Source: Bdellovibrionota bacterium (GTDB lineage Bacteria; Bdellovibrionota_G; JALEGL01; DATDPG01). From it: DNA of 64,000 bases. Shown here one piece after another: positions 45,936 to 56,160 of this stretch. Each line of letters opens with the position of its first letter. Within the stretch, counting starts at the first letter, position 1. The position numbers and the translations under genes were made by a program. The notes below the pieces were generated by a model. It had not been told where the DNA came from. It saw nothing but the letters and a program-made list of their open reading frames with translations, and made no database searches. The stretch covers positions 670,553-734,552 of the forward strand of contig OY764265.1 in the NCBI GenBank assembly GCA_963668355.1, in the 5' to 3' direction.

Positions 45936-47171
45936 TTGAATACGCACTTTCTCAAACAAAAGAAAACGTACTGGATCGCCGGGGGGATCTTACTCGCCTT
46001 TGCTTTCCTGATTCGAGTCAAATTTGTTTTTTATGAACATCCTCCCAAAGCTTATTTGTTTTCAGACATGGAAGGGTGGGCCAATATGGCAAAAGATTTC
46101 CTTCGCGGGAAATATGACTCCTTTCATTTCTTTCGTCCGATTGGGTTCACGCTCTGGGTAGCGTTGATGCAAACCCTGGGGGGCTGGTTTGTTTTCAACT
46201 TTTTTCAAGTCCTATTGGGAACCAGCACCCTTGCATTGATGTGGCGGGGCAGCGCGAGACTTTGGAGCGAGCCTCTCGCACTTTTTGTTCTTTTGGTCGC
46301 CACATTTCACGTGCCCTTCATTTTGCTCTCTGGTTTTGTCATGGCCGGAACACTCTTTGGATTTCTAATTGCGAGTTTGTTCTATCTTCTGGTGCGATGG
46401 AATGGCTGTGAACGAAAAAGACACGCCTTTGCCATGGGCATTCTTTTTACGATCGCATTCTATGTCAAAGGTCATCTGGCGTTCTTCTTCCCTTTATGGG
46501 CCTTATGGCGAAAAAAATTCCAACCCATTGCCTTTGCCCTTTTGGGAATCGCCGTTATTGCGAGCATTCACCTGCTCTTTTCTTGGAAAATCTATGATCA
46601 ACCCCGAATTGGGGGTGAAAACGGCGGTTTGGCATTTGTTGAAGGAAAATGCCCTGAAAAAACGAATATCGATTCCTATGGTCGTCTTTTTCTTTCCCCA
46701 GTCCACTGGCAATTGGGGGAACGAAAAGAAAAACGGTGGAATCATTCTTTCTTGGATGGAAAAGCATTTATGCGCGAGGGGCTAACGTGCATTCAAAAAG
46801 ATCCTTGGGTTTTGATCAAAAGCTTTCGATACGTTTGGTTCCTTTTCGGAGGAAATGAGCTTTGGCCCCCAAACGTCACTCCGTTTAAAACCTTAAGCCG
46901 ATGGTATTCACAGTTTTATTTGTGGTTATTTCTTCCCCCTCTCATTTTAGGCATTTTTGTTTCGATTCAAAATCGAAAGAAATATGGGTTTCTGCTCGCA
47001 ATCGCGTTTTCTGAGCCCATTTTGGCCTGGGTCATGTTTGCTGAGATGAGATACCGCGTACCGTTTGATGTGGTTTACATTCCCTTGGCGATTTTTGGTT
47101 GGAGCCGCATTTACAGGTACATCGAGCAAAGGATCAAGCCCTTAAATTCCGATGACGCCACCGAATCTTGA
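45936..47171 (+). CDS. Polytopic membrane protein (possible GT-C-type glycosyltransferase)
   Basis: 411 aa, TTG start, about 9 TM segments. Sits in a cluster with GT2 and ArnT-like genes. Confidence 0.4.
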   Translation: MNTHFLKQKKTYWIAGGILLAFAFLIRVKFVFYEHPPKAYLFSDMEGWANMAKDFLRGKYDSFHFFRPIGFTLWVALMQTLGGWFVFNFFQVLLGTSTLALMWRGSARLWSEPLALFVLLVATFHVPFILLSGFVMAGTLFGFLIASLFYLLVRWNGCERKRHAFAMGILFTIAFYVKGHLAFFFPLWALWRKKFQPIAFALLGIAVIASIHLLFSWKIYDQPRIGGENGGLAFVEGKCPEKTNIDSYGRLFLSPVHWQLGERKEKRWNHSFLDGKAFMREGLTCIQKDPWVLIKSFRYVWFLFGGNELWPPNVTPFKTLSRWYSQFYLWLFLPPLILGIFVSIQNRKKYGFLLAIAFSEPILAWVMFAEMRYRVPFDVVYIPLAIFGWSRIYRYIEQRIKPLNSDDATES

Positions 47172-47883
47172 GAATATCGTTGGCCATTTGAAGACTGTCC
47201 AAAATGGGATGCACACGACTTTCTGCAATATGACGCCACCGAACGGGAAGCTCTTCCACTTCGAGCTGTAGTTTTCGCGAAATCCATAACAGCTCCACGT
47301 CAAACGCGAATCGTTCAAGCGTTTGCCGAGAGAAGCATTCTTGCGCAGCCACCTGACCAAACAACTTAAACCCACATTGCGTATCTTTGAAAGGCATTCC
47401 CACAATGAAACGCATTAAAAGATTAAAGGTCATTCCCATTCTCTTTCGCCACCAGGGCTGCCTTTTTTCCACTTTTGAGTTTTTTCCTCCGCGCGTGCCA
47501 ATCACAATCGAACGATCTCCCTTCAAGAGGTCGAGCATTCTCTCGACTTCCTCAATCGGAGTTGCATTGTCCGCATCGGTAAATAACCGAGCTCTGCCTT
47601 GAGCCTTAGACATCCCCGCACGAACAGCCGCGCCCTTTCCCTGATTCTTACCCAAGCGAAGAAGCATGGTATGGAGCTTGGGAAACTTTTTCAAAAGGCT
47701 TTCAGCTTCTTGGGCCGTTTGATCTGGGCTTCCGTCGTCCACGAGAATGACTTCTCCGTCTGGAAATTTCTGTGACATAAATTCCAGAACCGGTCTTACA
47801 CCCTCTTCCAAGCGTTTCTCTTCTTTGTACATTGGGATGACCACAGACAAGGAAATCTCTTTTACATGTTCCGAAAAACTCAT
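47134..47883 (-). CDS. GT2 polyprenyl-phosphate sugar synthase-like glycosyltransferase
   Basis: LSVVIPMYKEEKRL...VILVDDGSPDQT...FTDADN...DTQCGFK are GT2 (DPM1/ArnC/GtrB-like) motifs. ATGA overlap with the upstream ArnT-like gene. Confidence 0.8.
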   Translation of the reverse strand: MSFSEHVKEISLSVVIPMYKEEKRLEEGVRPVLEFMSQKFPDGEVILVDDGSPDQTAQEAESLLKKFPKLHTMLLRLGKNQGKGAAVRAGMSKAQGRARLFTDADNATPIEEVERMLDLLKGDRSIVIGTRGGKNSKVEKRQPWWRKRMGMTFNLLMRFIVGMPFKDTQCGFKLFGQVAAQECFSRQTLERFAFDVELLWISRKLQLEVEELPVRWRHIAESRVHPILDSLQMANDILKIRWRHRNLRA

Positions 47884-49673
47884 TTTAAAAAATCACCTTT
47901 CGCCGCTGTCTCGAAAACTTTTGCGGCCTTTAAAAAACCTGATTGTTTGAAGACTTGAGCGGTCCGCTTGAAACGCATTTTTAGTTTTTCGACGTTCCCA
48001 ACAAGGCATTTTTGAGGATCAAAGCGGATTTTGGATTTTAGAGATTCCAAATAGGTTTTCTGAACACATTGCTCAGGCGTAAGAAAACCCTTTTGACTAA
48101 AAAATTCCTGAATCTCCATATCTGCCTCATCATATTCTCCCATCGCAAAACGATAGAAGCCATTGTAAACATACGCATTGGAGGCCCATGGGTGGTTTGA
48201 AAGGGAAGAGATCGGGTTTGGACCCCTTTCCAGGAGAAGGTAGTTGTTTGATCTAAACGCCACCTTCGCTTTCCACCCTTTCATCAAATTCAGAAAGTCT
48301 TCACGTGTGACCACAAGCCAGCTCATTTCGCCGAGTTCCCAAGCCTTCCGAAGGCTTAAATAGTCACGATATTCAAGCAAGGTTGAGTTTTTTAGGTCCT
48401 GATTTTTTCTCATTTCATCGTAGACCTTCCGATTCAGAAGAATTTCCTTCACCGGAGCCTTTGAGTAATAAACCGGTTGAGCAAAGTAGATATTGAGCAA
48501 GTAAATGTTTCTGTTTTTAACATTCAACTCATTTGCCCGAAGAATGACTTCTCGGAGACCCGGATTCGAGAAGGGAATGGTCTGGGCGTTTTGGTGGGCA
48601 GGAAACTGCATCACAAAAAAAAGGATGCCCACAAACAGGGGGATGAACTTCGTCCACTTCCAACGAATTTGCGATAGTCGAAGGCAGCCCCATGTGATGA
48701 GGGCTGGATATACGGGAAGAAGGTATCGAAACATTCGGGTTGAACTTATGAACACAGATAACGTTCCAAACCCGATCCAAACGAGGAGAACGTGCGAATT
48801 AAAGGAAGTTTCGCGCTTTTTCTGCCCGCCCAAGGAAACAAGCCCCACCAATAAAAGCACGAGCAATCCCGGACTATCCCACACTCCCTTAACCAAAAAG
48901 GAAGTCAGAGTCTGAGAATGACCTGCAATCACTTCCCCCCGGAGAAGCCTAGACCATGGATGCCATTTCGCATGAAGCCAGGCCTCTCCCCCGAAGGCAT
49001 AAGCCAACCCAAACCAGGCTCCAATTAAAAGAAGAACGAGAATGACAATTTGTTTAGCGTTCCTTCGTTGAGATGCTTCTTTTTGAAAAGCCCAAACAAA
49101 TAGAAGAGATAGGAGGGGATAAAGAACCACCAAAAAACGAAACATAAAAACGAAAAATAACGACACCGCACACAAGAAGACTTTAGACCTCTCTCGTTTA
49201 AGAGAAATCCACCCCCAAAGGAACAAACACAATGCCGCCAGCGTCGGACCATCGGTGAGGATTCTTCGCCCGACCGAAAACACCTCTTGAGAGCTTACAA
49301 GGAGCAGCGCCGATAAGATGGCGATCCATCGGTCTTTTGTGAGGCTTAATACGGTAAGAAAGAGAAACGACATCGCCAGAAGAACCGAAAAAACTCCGAC
49401 GCAGCGATAGACCATGAGATGGTCTCCGAATACCTGCGCCATACCTCCCAGCACCCAGAAAAGCAGAGGGGGTTTCGCATCAAAATAATCGATCCCATTA
49501 TATTGAAGCGGAAAGAGTTCACCTTTCGCAACATTCGAGGCGATTTGCGCATAAATGGCATCATCCGTATTGGCCACCGGAATCTTTTCCAAGCCATAAA
49601 AGAAAAGGACCGCAAACGTCAGAACGATGAGAACGAGAGGACCGTATTTTGCAAAACCGCTTTTCAATCGCAT
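47880..49673 (-). CDS. ArnT/PMT-like GT-C glycosyltransferase (GT39/GT83-like)
   Basis: DDAIYAQIASNVAKGE..YFDAKPPLLFWVLG is the signature N-terminal loop. About 11 TM segments plus a soluble C-terminal domain. Confidence 0.7.
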   Translation of the reverse strand: MRLKSGFAKYGPLVLIVLTFAVLFFYGLEKIPVANTDDAIYAQIASNVAKGELFPLQYNGIDYFDAKPPLLFWVLGGMAQVFGDHLMVYRCVGVFSVLLAMSFLFLTVLSLTKDRWIAILSALLLVSSQEVFSVGRRILTDGPTLAALCLFLWGWISLKRERSKVFLCAVSLFFVFMFRFLVVLYPLLSLLFVWAFQKEASQRRNAKQIVILVLLLIGAWFGLAYAFGGEAWLHAKWHPWSRLLRGEVIAGHSQTLTSFLVKGVWDSPGLLVLLLVGLVSLGGQKKRETSFNSHVLLVWIGFGTLSVFISSTRMFRYLLPVYPALITWGCLRLSQIRWKWTKFIPLFVGILFFVMQFPAHQNAQTIPFSNPGLREVILRANELNVKNRNIYLLNIYFAQPVYYSKAPVKEILLNRKVYDEMRKNQDLKNSTLLEYRDYLSLRKAWELGEMSWLVVTREDFLNLMKGWKAKVAFRSNNYLLLERGPNPISSLSNHPWASNAYVYNGFYRFAMGEYDEADMEIQEFFSQKGFLTPEQCVQKTYLESLKSKIRFDPQKCLVGNVEKLKMRFKRTAQVFKQSGFLKAAKVFETAAKGDFLK

Positions 49674-49743
49674 GGTTAACTTCTAGACAAAGTTAACCCG
49701 ACTATATGTAGAAAGAGCGTTTAAGAAAAGGCTTCAGCTGTCT

Positions 49744-50976
49744 CTAATCATTCAAATCATGAAGCGTTTTGAGCCAGTCGAGCCAATTCGTTTCTTGTGC
49801 AAAACGAAGTTCCAAATAGTCCCCCATTTTGTATCTCAGCGAAGACACATATCTAGGTGACCACACGGCGAGGCCTTTGGCACCATCAAACTTTGTCCCC
49901 ACCTCAATGTTATGGATCAACAAATAGCTATGATAGAGGTTCCACCAGGCTTCAAAAGGTTCGAAAAACGTAGTCGAACCCAAATCCGAAGCCACGCGCA
50001 GAAAGAAGTCTGCTAAATCCATATTGTCTTGATAATCAAAACGGGTGGCCTTTTTTGCGGCCGTTCGAATGAGTTCAGGATGCTCCTCAAATTCTTGAAG
50101 GGTTTCCCACACCAGGGCTTGTGTGTACTCCATGAACTCCAATAGGAATGCGCTTCGAATGGCTGAAAGGGTTGTACTTGAACTTCCCTGAGACCCCCCA
50201 TCATATGATCGTCCATACAGATCCACGAGACTTGAAGCCACATGCTCCTTGCTCATGAAAGGGTGTTCAACCCACTCAGCAAGGAAATCATCATAAGGCC
50301 AACCATCAAATGGCTCTGTGGATTCCGCACCAATGACCACATCTGCATAGGGAGACAACTCATACGCCACTTCGACCATGCCCATCAGACATGCATCGGA
50401 TCCATAAATGTCGATCGGTCTACCCAATTCCGAAGAAATTACTTCCAACGCATGTCCCAGTTCTGGCGTAGACATATGATTTGCACTTTCATCGTCGTAC
50501 GAAATGCCCTGAAGCTGCGCTCCATCTTTCAAACGCACAGCTCCCGTACGGTGATCTTTCAACCAACCGGATCCATGATCCCAAACCGTGAGAAAATAAT
50601 GATGGGCGGGATACTCTTGGATTCCCCAGAGTGCGAAATCAATCAAACTGTTCGCACTTCCCATATCGACCTCCCCAGAGGAAGCCTGATCTGAAAAATC
50701 GTAGACTTCCTTTCGTCGACCTTTTTCAATGAAGTAGCGCCTGGAATCTCCAAGGTTTTTTCCGTCAAATTGAACGACGATGTTGATGTCTTTCGTGGAA
50801 CCCACGGCCTGCATCTCCCTCAAGTCATCCAATCCCGCATCGTGAAGATTGTTATCGGCATTCATAAACACCAAGAGCGTCCACTGAGCCTTTTCGTGGG
50901 CCCAAGCCCCGTCCAGCCCAAAAACCGCCCCAAAAAAGCCAAAAACCACAAAAAATACCCAAAAACGACTTACCAT
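49744..50976 (-). CDS. Clostripain-family (peptidase C11) cysteine protease, secreted
   Basis: WTLLVFMNADNNL.., FLTVWDHGSGW (catalytic His region), IYGSDACLMGMVEVAYE (catalytic Cys). ATG 50976 follows GGAGGGG. Confidence 0.8.
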   Translation of the reverse strand: MVSRFWVFFVVFGFFGAVFGLDGAWAHEKAQWTLLVFMNADNNLHDAGLDDLREMQAVGSTKDINIVVQFDGKNLGDSRRYFIEKGRRKEVYDFSDQASSGEVDMGSANSLIDFALWGIQEYPAHHYFLTVWDHGSGWLKDHRTGAVRLKDGAQLQGISYDDESANHMSTPELGHALEVISSELGRPIDIYGSDACLMGMVEVAYELSPYADVVIGAESTEPFDGWPYDDFLAEWVEHPFMSKEHVASSLVDLYGRSYDGGSQGSSSTTLSAIRSAFLLEFMEYTQALVWETLQEFEEHPELIRTAAKKATRFDYQDNMDLADFFLRVASDLGSTTFFEPFEAWWNLYHSYLLIHNIEVGTKFDGAKGLAVWSPRYVSSLRYKMGDYLELRFAQETNWLDWLKTLHDLND

Positions 50977-51261
50977 GACCCCTCCATGTCCCAAATTTTG
51001 GAGGAACACTATCAAAAAAAGTATTTTTGGGACATTTTTTGGTCGGCTTAATCCGCCGTGGTTATTTGTGTCTCGCTCACACTCGTAGCTAAATCCGCGG
51101 GCTTCCTGGGACAGAGAAGCAGCAGATTGAGTGCAAATTGTCTCGGGGCATTTTTAAATATTTTAAACGAATTCAATATGTTAGACATGGTACGCAACTT
51201 GAAACACGGAAGCCTGTGAAAAAAGTTCGCAAGAATTTAAAGATTTGATAAAGGGGGGACC

Positions 51262-51822
51262 ATGAAGTCCGGAAAATTTAATGTTTTTGTTTTAGTTCTT
51301 TCATTTTCTCTTGTTGGGCTAGCTACAAATGCGAACGCGCAATATCCCTGCGCGAAAGGCGTTGAAGCGTCCATCATTGAGACGTTGGGTGACACGGAGT
51401 TCGTTCGAAGCCTGGATTTTACTTGCCAACTCGACGTCTTAAAACGTTCTGTTGAAAATCCTGAAATTGCCGAGATTCTTAAGGCCAAACTTCCCCTCAT
51501 CATGGAAGAAATTATTGGGATGGTAGAAGAGCTTTATCCTGAAGGTGCACCCCGAATTATTTTCGACAACTGGAACCAACCCGGAACTTTCTTCCCATTT
51601 ACAGTTAGCGATGACGGGATTCAAATTGCCACTCTAAATACTTGGGTTGGTACTGATTTGGAACGGACCCGCAATCAGCTGGACAATATCCTTAATGATC
51701 GACTGTGCGATCAGTTACGGTTAGCTCACAACAATTATCTCGCTTCACTAACACCGGGAAAGAAAACAACGTTAGCTGAACAAGGATATTACGGAGGAAA
51801 CTCTTTTAGCACCATCCGCTAG
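51262..51822 (+). CDS. Hypothetical secreted protein
   Basis: MKSGKFNVFVLVLSFSLVGLATNANA is a signal peptide. 186 aa. Confidence 0.45.
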   Translation: MKSGKFNVFVLVLSFSLVGLATNANAQYPCAKGVEASIIETLGDTEFVRSLDFTCQLDVLKRSVENPEIAEILKAKLPLIMEEIIGMVEELYPEGAPRIIFDNWNQPGTFFPFTVSDDGIQIATLNTWVGTDLERTRNQLDNILNDRLCDQLRLAHNNYLASLTPGKKTTLAEQGYYGGNSFSTIR

Positions 51823-51851
51823 AATTTTCATAAGAACTCTAAACAATTCAC

Positions 51852-51884
51852 AAAAGGCCAACCTACAAAGGTTGGCCTTTTTTA
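51852..51884. terminator. Bidirectional intrinsic terminator
   Basis: aaaaggccaacc-tacaa-aggttggcctttt lies between convergent genes. Confidence 0.75.
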
Positions 51885-51946
51885 ATATACTGAAGAATTG
51901 ACTCTTCCAAACCTGTTAATGGAACCACCAAAGACAAGATTCAATA

Positions 51947-52261
51947 TCACAAAGGTTTGCATCGAATGGTCAACTGGTGTTTTTCGACCGGAACATTCGT
52001 GATGGCGCCCGTGGCTTGGGGGTCGTTTTCTTGAGAATCCGTTCCCAAACTCATCGTGGAATAGCTTTGGTCGGATCGACTGACTTCTTCATATCCGGAA
52101 GGGCAGGCTTTTCTGGCTTCTCGATAACATGATTGAATGTCTCCGCGACACGAAATGGAAAAACCGTCTTGGGTGGGGACAGAGCGAACCCGTTGCCAAG
52201 AGGAACAAGAAAGAAAAACACTCAAAAACACGGTTCCCAACAGGGGAAAATATTTTTTCAT
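51947..52261 (-). CDS. Small lipoprotein
   Basis: Internal ATG 52261 gives MKKYFPLLGTVFLSVFLSCSSW (lipobox). Four further Cys residues. Confidence 0.45.
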   Translation of the reverse strand: MKKYFPLLGTVFLSVFLSCSSWQRVRSVPTQDGFSISCRGDIQSCYREARKACPSGYEEVSRSDQSYSTMSLGTDSQENDPQATGAITNVPVEKHQLTIRCKPL

Positions 52262-52364
52262 CTCACCGCAGAAAGTAGCAAAATCCCCGCAGCGTCCTAG
52301 AAAAAAATATTTACAGGCTAAACACTTACAAAGAGGCACCCTGGTGCCTTGAATTTCTTTCTCC

Positions 52365-52793
52365 TTAAAGTTCTAGGGAAGAGGCTCGACTCAAATTCGC
52401 CAATTTAACTCCGCGAATGCCTCCAATTTGGGTTGCAAGAGATTCGATTTCATTTCCCTTTCCCTTGATGATGATGGCTTCTAAGCAGTGTTCATGATCC
52501 AAGTGCACATGTGTCGAGCATAAAACATTGACATACGTGTGGTGCTGGAGATCCATGAGTTTGGTGGCCGTCGATCTTTGGTGATGGTTGTAAACAATGG
52601 TCAACACACCAATGACAGACTTGGAGCTTTTTCCCCACTCATCCTCAACGATTTTTTCTCGAACCAAATCACGAACAAATTCAGATCGAGAGGAATAGCC
52701 TTTGTTCACACTCCGACGGTCCATTTCTTTCAACAAACCTTTCGGCAACGAAACACTAAAGCGAATGGTCTCATCCATTTTCTTAGACATCAT
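52365..52793 (-). CDS. nikR: Nickel-responsive regulator NikR
   Basis: N-terminal ribbon-helix-helix ([31 protein letters not shown]) and a C-terminal metal-binding domain ([12 protein letters not shown]). Confidence 0.85.
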   Translation of the reverse strand: MMSKKMDETIRFSVSLPKGLLKEMDRRSVNKGYSSRSEFVRDLVREKIVEDEWGKSSKSVIGVLTIVYNHHQRSTATKLMDLQHHTYVNVLCSTHVHLDHEHCLEAIIIKGKGNEIESLATQIGGIRGVKLANLSRASSLEL

Positions 52794-52981
52794 AAAAACC
52801 TCTTATTACATGCTCTCCAAAACCACGAAGAATCTTTTTAGCCTAGAAAGAGTGCCAAGTTGAAAAACGCTCATCTCACATCACAAAAACTTTCTTAACA
52901 TATTAATTTTATAGCCTTTTTCTTAATTTGACTTGCATTTCCCTCGGAACGATGTTCTAAGAACCCAGGCGAGGGTGAGAC

Positions 52982-54955
52982 ATGCAAGTGACGCAAAACA
53001 GCAAACATAAAAAGACCACGAAGTCTTCTACGTATGTAAATTCATGCGTTCGTCATGACTTTTCGTTGCTCACCCAAGACGACCTTTTTCTTTTTAATGA
53101 GGGAAAGCATTTTCGCCTGTATGACAAACTCGGGTCGCATGTCATCGAACACGAAGGAGTTGCCGGTACGTATTTTGCCGTTTGGGCTCCCGATGCACAC
53201 TACGTTTCAGTCATTGGAGACTTCAATCATTTTGATCCAGGGAAACACCCCCTCAAACCCTGCGGAAACTCAGGAATATGGGAAGGCTTTGTTCCCGAAG
53301 CCCAAGAAGGCATGTGCTACAAGTATCATGTTGCCTCGCGGTACCATGGACACACTTCCGATCGGGCCGATCCCTTTGCGCAACGATTTGAACACCCGCC
53401 ACGTTCGGCTTCGGTGATTTGGTCCCCCCGAAACCAATGGTCCGATCAGCCCTGGATGGAGAAACGAAAAGAAATCAATTCTCATCAAGCGCCCATATCC
53501 ATCTATGAACTTCATTTGGCTTCCTGGATGCGTGTTCCAGAAGAGGGAAATCGTCCACTCACATACCGAGAAATGGCTCCCAAATTGGCCGACTATGTGA
53601 AACGAATGGGCTTCACGCATGTAGAGTTTCTGCCCGTCATGGAGCATCCCTTTGACGGATCTTGGGGTTATCAAACCTTAGGATACTTCGCTCCTACGAG
53701 CCGGTTCGGCTCTCCGGACGACTTTGCTTTTCTGGTAGATCACCTTCACCAAAATGACATCGGTGTGATTTTGGACTGGGTCCCGTCCCATTTTCCGTCT
53801 GATGCGCATGGCTTAGCTTTCTTTGACGGAACTCATTTGTATGAACATGCGGATCCACGCCTGGGTTTCCACCCAGATTGGAAGAGCTGCATTTTCAATC
53901 ATGGACGCAACGAGGTTCGAAGTTTTTTAATCAGTAGCGCGCTGTTTTGGTTAGATCGATACCATGCCGACGGGTTACGCGTCGATGCCGTCGCCTCCAT
54001 GTTGTACTTGGACTACTCTCGCAAGGAAGGAGAATGGATCCCAAACCATTTTGGTGGAAATGAAAACTTGGAAGCCATCGAATTCCTCCGAATGTTGAAT
54101 GCCGAGGTTTACAAAAGTTTTCCAGACGTTCAAACCATGGCAGAAGAATCAACCTCCTGGCCAGCCGTTTCACGACCGACTTACCTCGGTGGACTCGGCT
54201 TTGGAATGAAATGGGATATGGGTTGGATGCATGATTCCCTCGTTTACTGTTCGAAGGAACCTGTACATCGAAAATGGCATCACAACCTCTTGAGTTTTCG
54301 AATGCTCTACGCGTGGCACGAAAACTTTGTTTTGCCCCTGTCCCACGATGAAGTGGTTCATGGAAAAGGTTCCCTTTTAAACAAAATGCCCGGAGATGCT
54401 TGGCAAAAATTTGCCAACCTTCGCTTGTTGTTGGGGTATATGTACGCCCAGTCCGGCAAGAAATTGCTGTTCATGGGAGGAGAATTTGGACAATGGGACG
54501 AGTGGAACTACCAACGCTCGTTGGATTGGCACTTGACGGAATTTGATCGACACCGAGGAATGCAACAATGGGTCAGCGACTTAAATCGCGTTTATCGGAA
54601 TCATCGATCCATGCATGTTCTGGACTTTCACTCCGAAGGTTTTGAATGGGTCGACTGCCAGGACACCGAAAACAGTGTGATTAGTTTCTTAAGACGAGAC
54701 CCGGAAAGCCACGAGTTCTTGCTATTCGTATTCAACTTCACGCCCGTCCCTCGACAGGGGTATCGCATTGGGGTTCCCCGAAATGGACACTGGGAAGAGA
54801 TTCTCAACAGCGACGCACCCACCTATTGGGGAAGCGGAATCGGAAACCAGGGTGGACGATGGGCGGAAGACTGGGCGGAACACGGTCGACCCCACTCGCT
54901 CTGCACAGACATTCCTCCTTTGGGGATGGTGGTCTTTCGATGGAGACAAGGTTAG
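52982..54955 (+). CDS. glgB: 1,4-alpha-glucan branching enzyme
   Basis: GH13 motifs: GVILDWVPSHF, HADGLRVDAVASMLY, EESTSWP, LPLSHDEVVHGK. About 650 aa. Confidence 0.9.
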   Translation: MQVTQNSKHKKTTKSSTYVNSCVRHDFSLLTQDDLFLFNEGKHFRLYDKLGSHVIEHEGVAGTYFAVWAPDAHYVSVIGDFNHFDPGKHPLKPCGNSGIWEGFVPEAQEGMCYKYHVASRYHGHTSDRADPFAQRFEHPPRSASVIWSPRNQWSDQPWMEKRKEINSHQAPISIYELHLASWMRVPEEGNRPLTYREMAPKLADYVKRMGFTHVEFLPVMEHPFDGSWGYQTLGYFAPTSRFGSPDDFAFLVDHLHQNDIGVILDWVPSHFPSDAHGLAFFDGTHLYEHADPRLGFHPDWKSCIFNHGRNEVRSFLISSALFWLDRYHADGLRVDAVASMLYLDYSRKEGEWIPNHFGGNENLEAIEFLRMLNAEVYKSFPDVQTMAEESTSWPAVSRPTYLGGLGFGMKWDMGWMHDSLVYCSKEPVHRKWHHNLLSFRMLYAWHENFVLPLSHDEVVHGKGSLLNKMPGDAWQKFANLRLLLGYMYAQSGKKLLFMGGEFGQWDEWNYQRSLDWHLTEFDRHRGMQQWVSDLNRVYRNHRSMHVLDFHSEGFEWVDCQDTENSVISFLRRDPESHEFLLFVFNFTPVPRQGYRIGVPRNGHWEEILNSDAPTYWGSGIGNQGGRWAEDWAEHGRPHSLCTDIPPLGMVVFRWRQG

Positions 54956-55104
54956 CGACACAAGGTCGCTATTTTTTGCGCGGCTTCGAGCAAAGATTCT
55001 CCCCATTTTCGGATTTCCCCCTTCAACCTCTCCCATAAGATCCTGTTTTTAAAGATTTTTCTTTGTTTCCTGGCTGGCACTCCCTTTGCTTCCTTTCCAA
55101 GGAA

Positions 55105-56148
55105 ATGGGGAGAGGGAGAGCATTCAAACGTCTGGCGACCGGAGCGTTCATTCTGGGACTTTTGCCCCTTTTTTACTTTGCCTCTCCCGTCTTGGCGGAA
55201 GACTGTTCTCAAGTGATCAAAGCTGAAAATCATCTTCGATGGACCCCCCCGACCGAAGGAAGCCCCGTAGAACACTATCGCCTCTATTTCATTCCGGTAG
55301 AGAGCTGCGATCAAGCGTACGAGCTTTTTACCGAACATCGGAATCAGAACTTCGTTCCCACGTTTTCCAATGATCCAGAAATTCATGTGTCGCGTCTGAA
55401 TCTCCAACCCGGACCCTACCAATTTGCCGTTCTGGGGGTCGACGCCCAAGGGAGATTGGGGCGCCTCTCCAATTTCGCACGACCACAAGGATGTTCTTGC
55501 TACACCTTTGAAGAGCAAGCGACTCCGATCGAGCAGATCCCAAACCCCACAAACGTCACAGCGACTCCCCTTTCCCCAAAGGAGATTCGTTTAGAATGGG
55601 AGGCGCCATCCAATGTGGACGGCAGTCTTTCTTTCGTTGTGAATATTGAAGAGGTCCCTTTGAACGAATCAAACTCAGGAGACGCTCCCCCCACCCCCCC
55701 AGTTACACAACCGGCTCCATGTCTTGGCCCCGAGAGCATTCCTGTTGGAGAGCAAACGTTTTTCGCTTTTCGAGACCTTACTCCCAACCGACTGCATTTT
55801 ATTCGTGTCTGCACGCAATCAGAGGATGGCCTATCAACTGGAACCGTCTTGACCGAAAAAACACTTTCACTTCCTTCGTTCTCCGTTCGTTCTGCACCCA
55901 ATCCGTTCAACGAGAAAACGACAATCTTCTATTCTTTGGAAACACCCGGAAATGTGCGCATCGACATCTTTAACCTACGAGGACAGATCGTCCGACATCT
56001 TCTCAACGCTCCCCATGCACTCGGTAGCTATCGAACCGCTTGGGATGGACGAAACGATATTGGCGAAACACTTCCTTCCGGTGTGTACTTGATTCGTGTG
56101 CACACCCCAGACGGCCCTGCAAATCAAAAAGTCACCTTAGTTAAATGA
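55105..56148 (+). CDS. Secreted FN3-domain protein with C-terminal FlgD-Ig / T9SS-type sorting-like domain (paralog of 2087..3268)
   Basis: Signal peptide MGRGRAFKRLATGAFILGLLPLFYFASPVLA. LRWTPPTEGSPVEHYRLYF and VTATPLSPKEIRLEWEAP are FN3-like. Tail: APNPFNEKTTIFYSL..IDIFNLRGQIV..WDGRNDIGETLPSGVYLIRV. Confidence 0.7.
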   Translation: MGRGRAFKRLATGAFILGLLPLFYFASPVLAEDCSQVIKAENHLRWTPPTEGSPVEHYRLYFIPVESCDQAYELFTEHRNQNFVPTFSNDPEIHVSRLNLQPGPYQFAVLGVDAQGRLGRLSNFARPQGCSCYTFEEQATPIEQIPNPTNVTATPLSPKEIRLEWEAPSNVDGSLSFVVNIEEVPLNESNSGDAPPTPPVTQPAPCLGPESIPVGEQTFFAFRDLTPNRLHFIRVCTQSEDGLSTGTVLTEKTLSLPSFSVRSAPNPFNEKTTIFYSLETPGNVRIDIFNLRGQIVRHLLNAPHALGSYRTAWDGRNDIGETLPSGVYLIRVHTPDGPANQKVTLVK

Positions 56149-56160
56149 AATGGCAAACCT

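Noticed and set aside
54952-55518. 188-aa minus-strand ORF.
   Set aside because: It overlaps the end of glgB and the well-supported FN3 protein gene on the opposite strand. Composition is low-complexity and basic, and no motifs were found.
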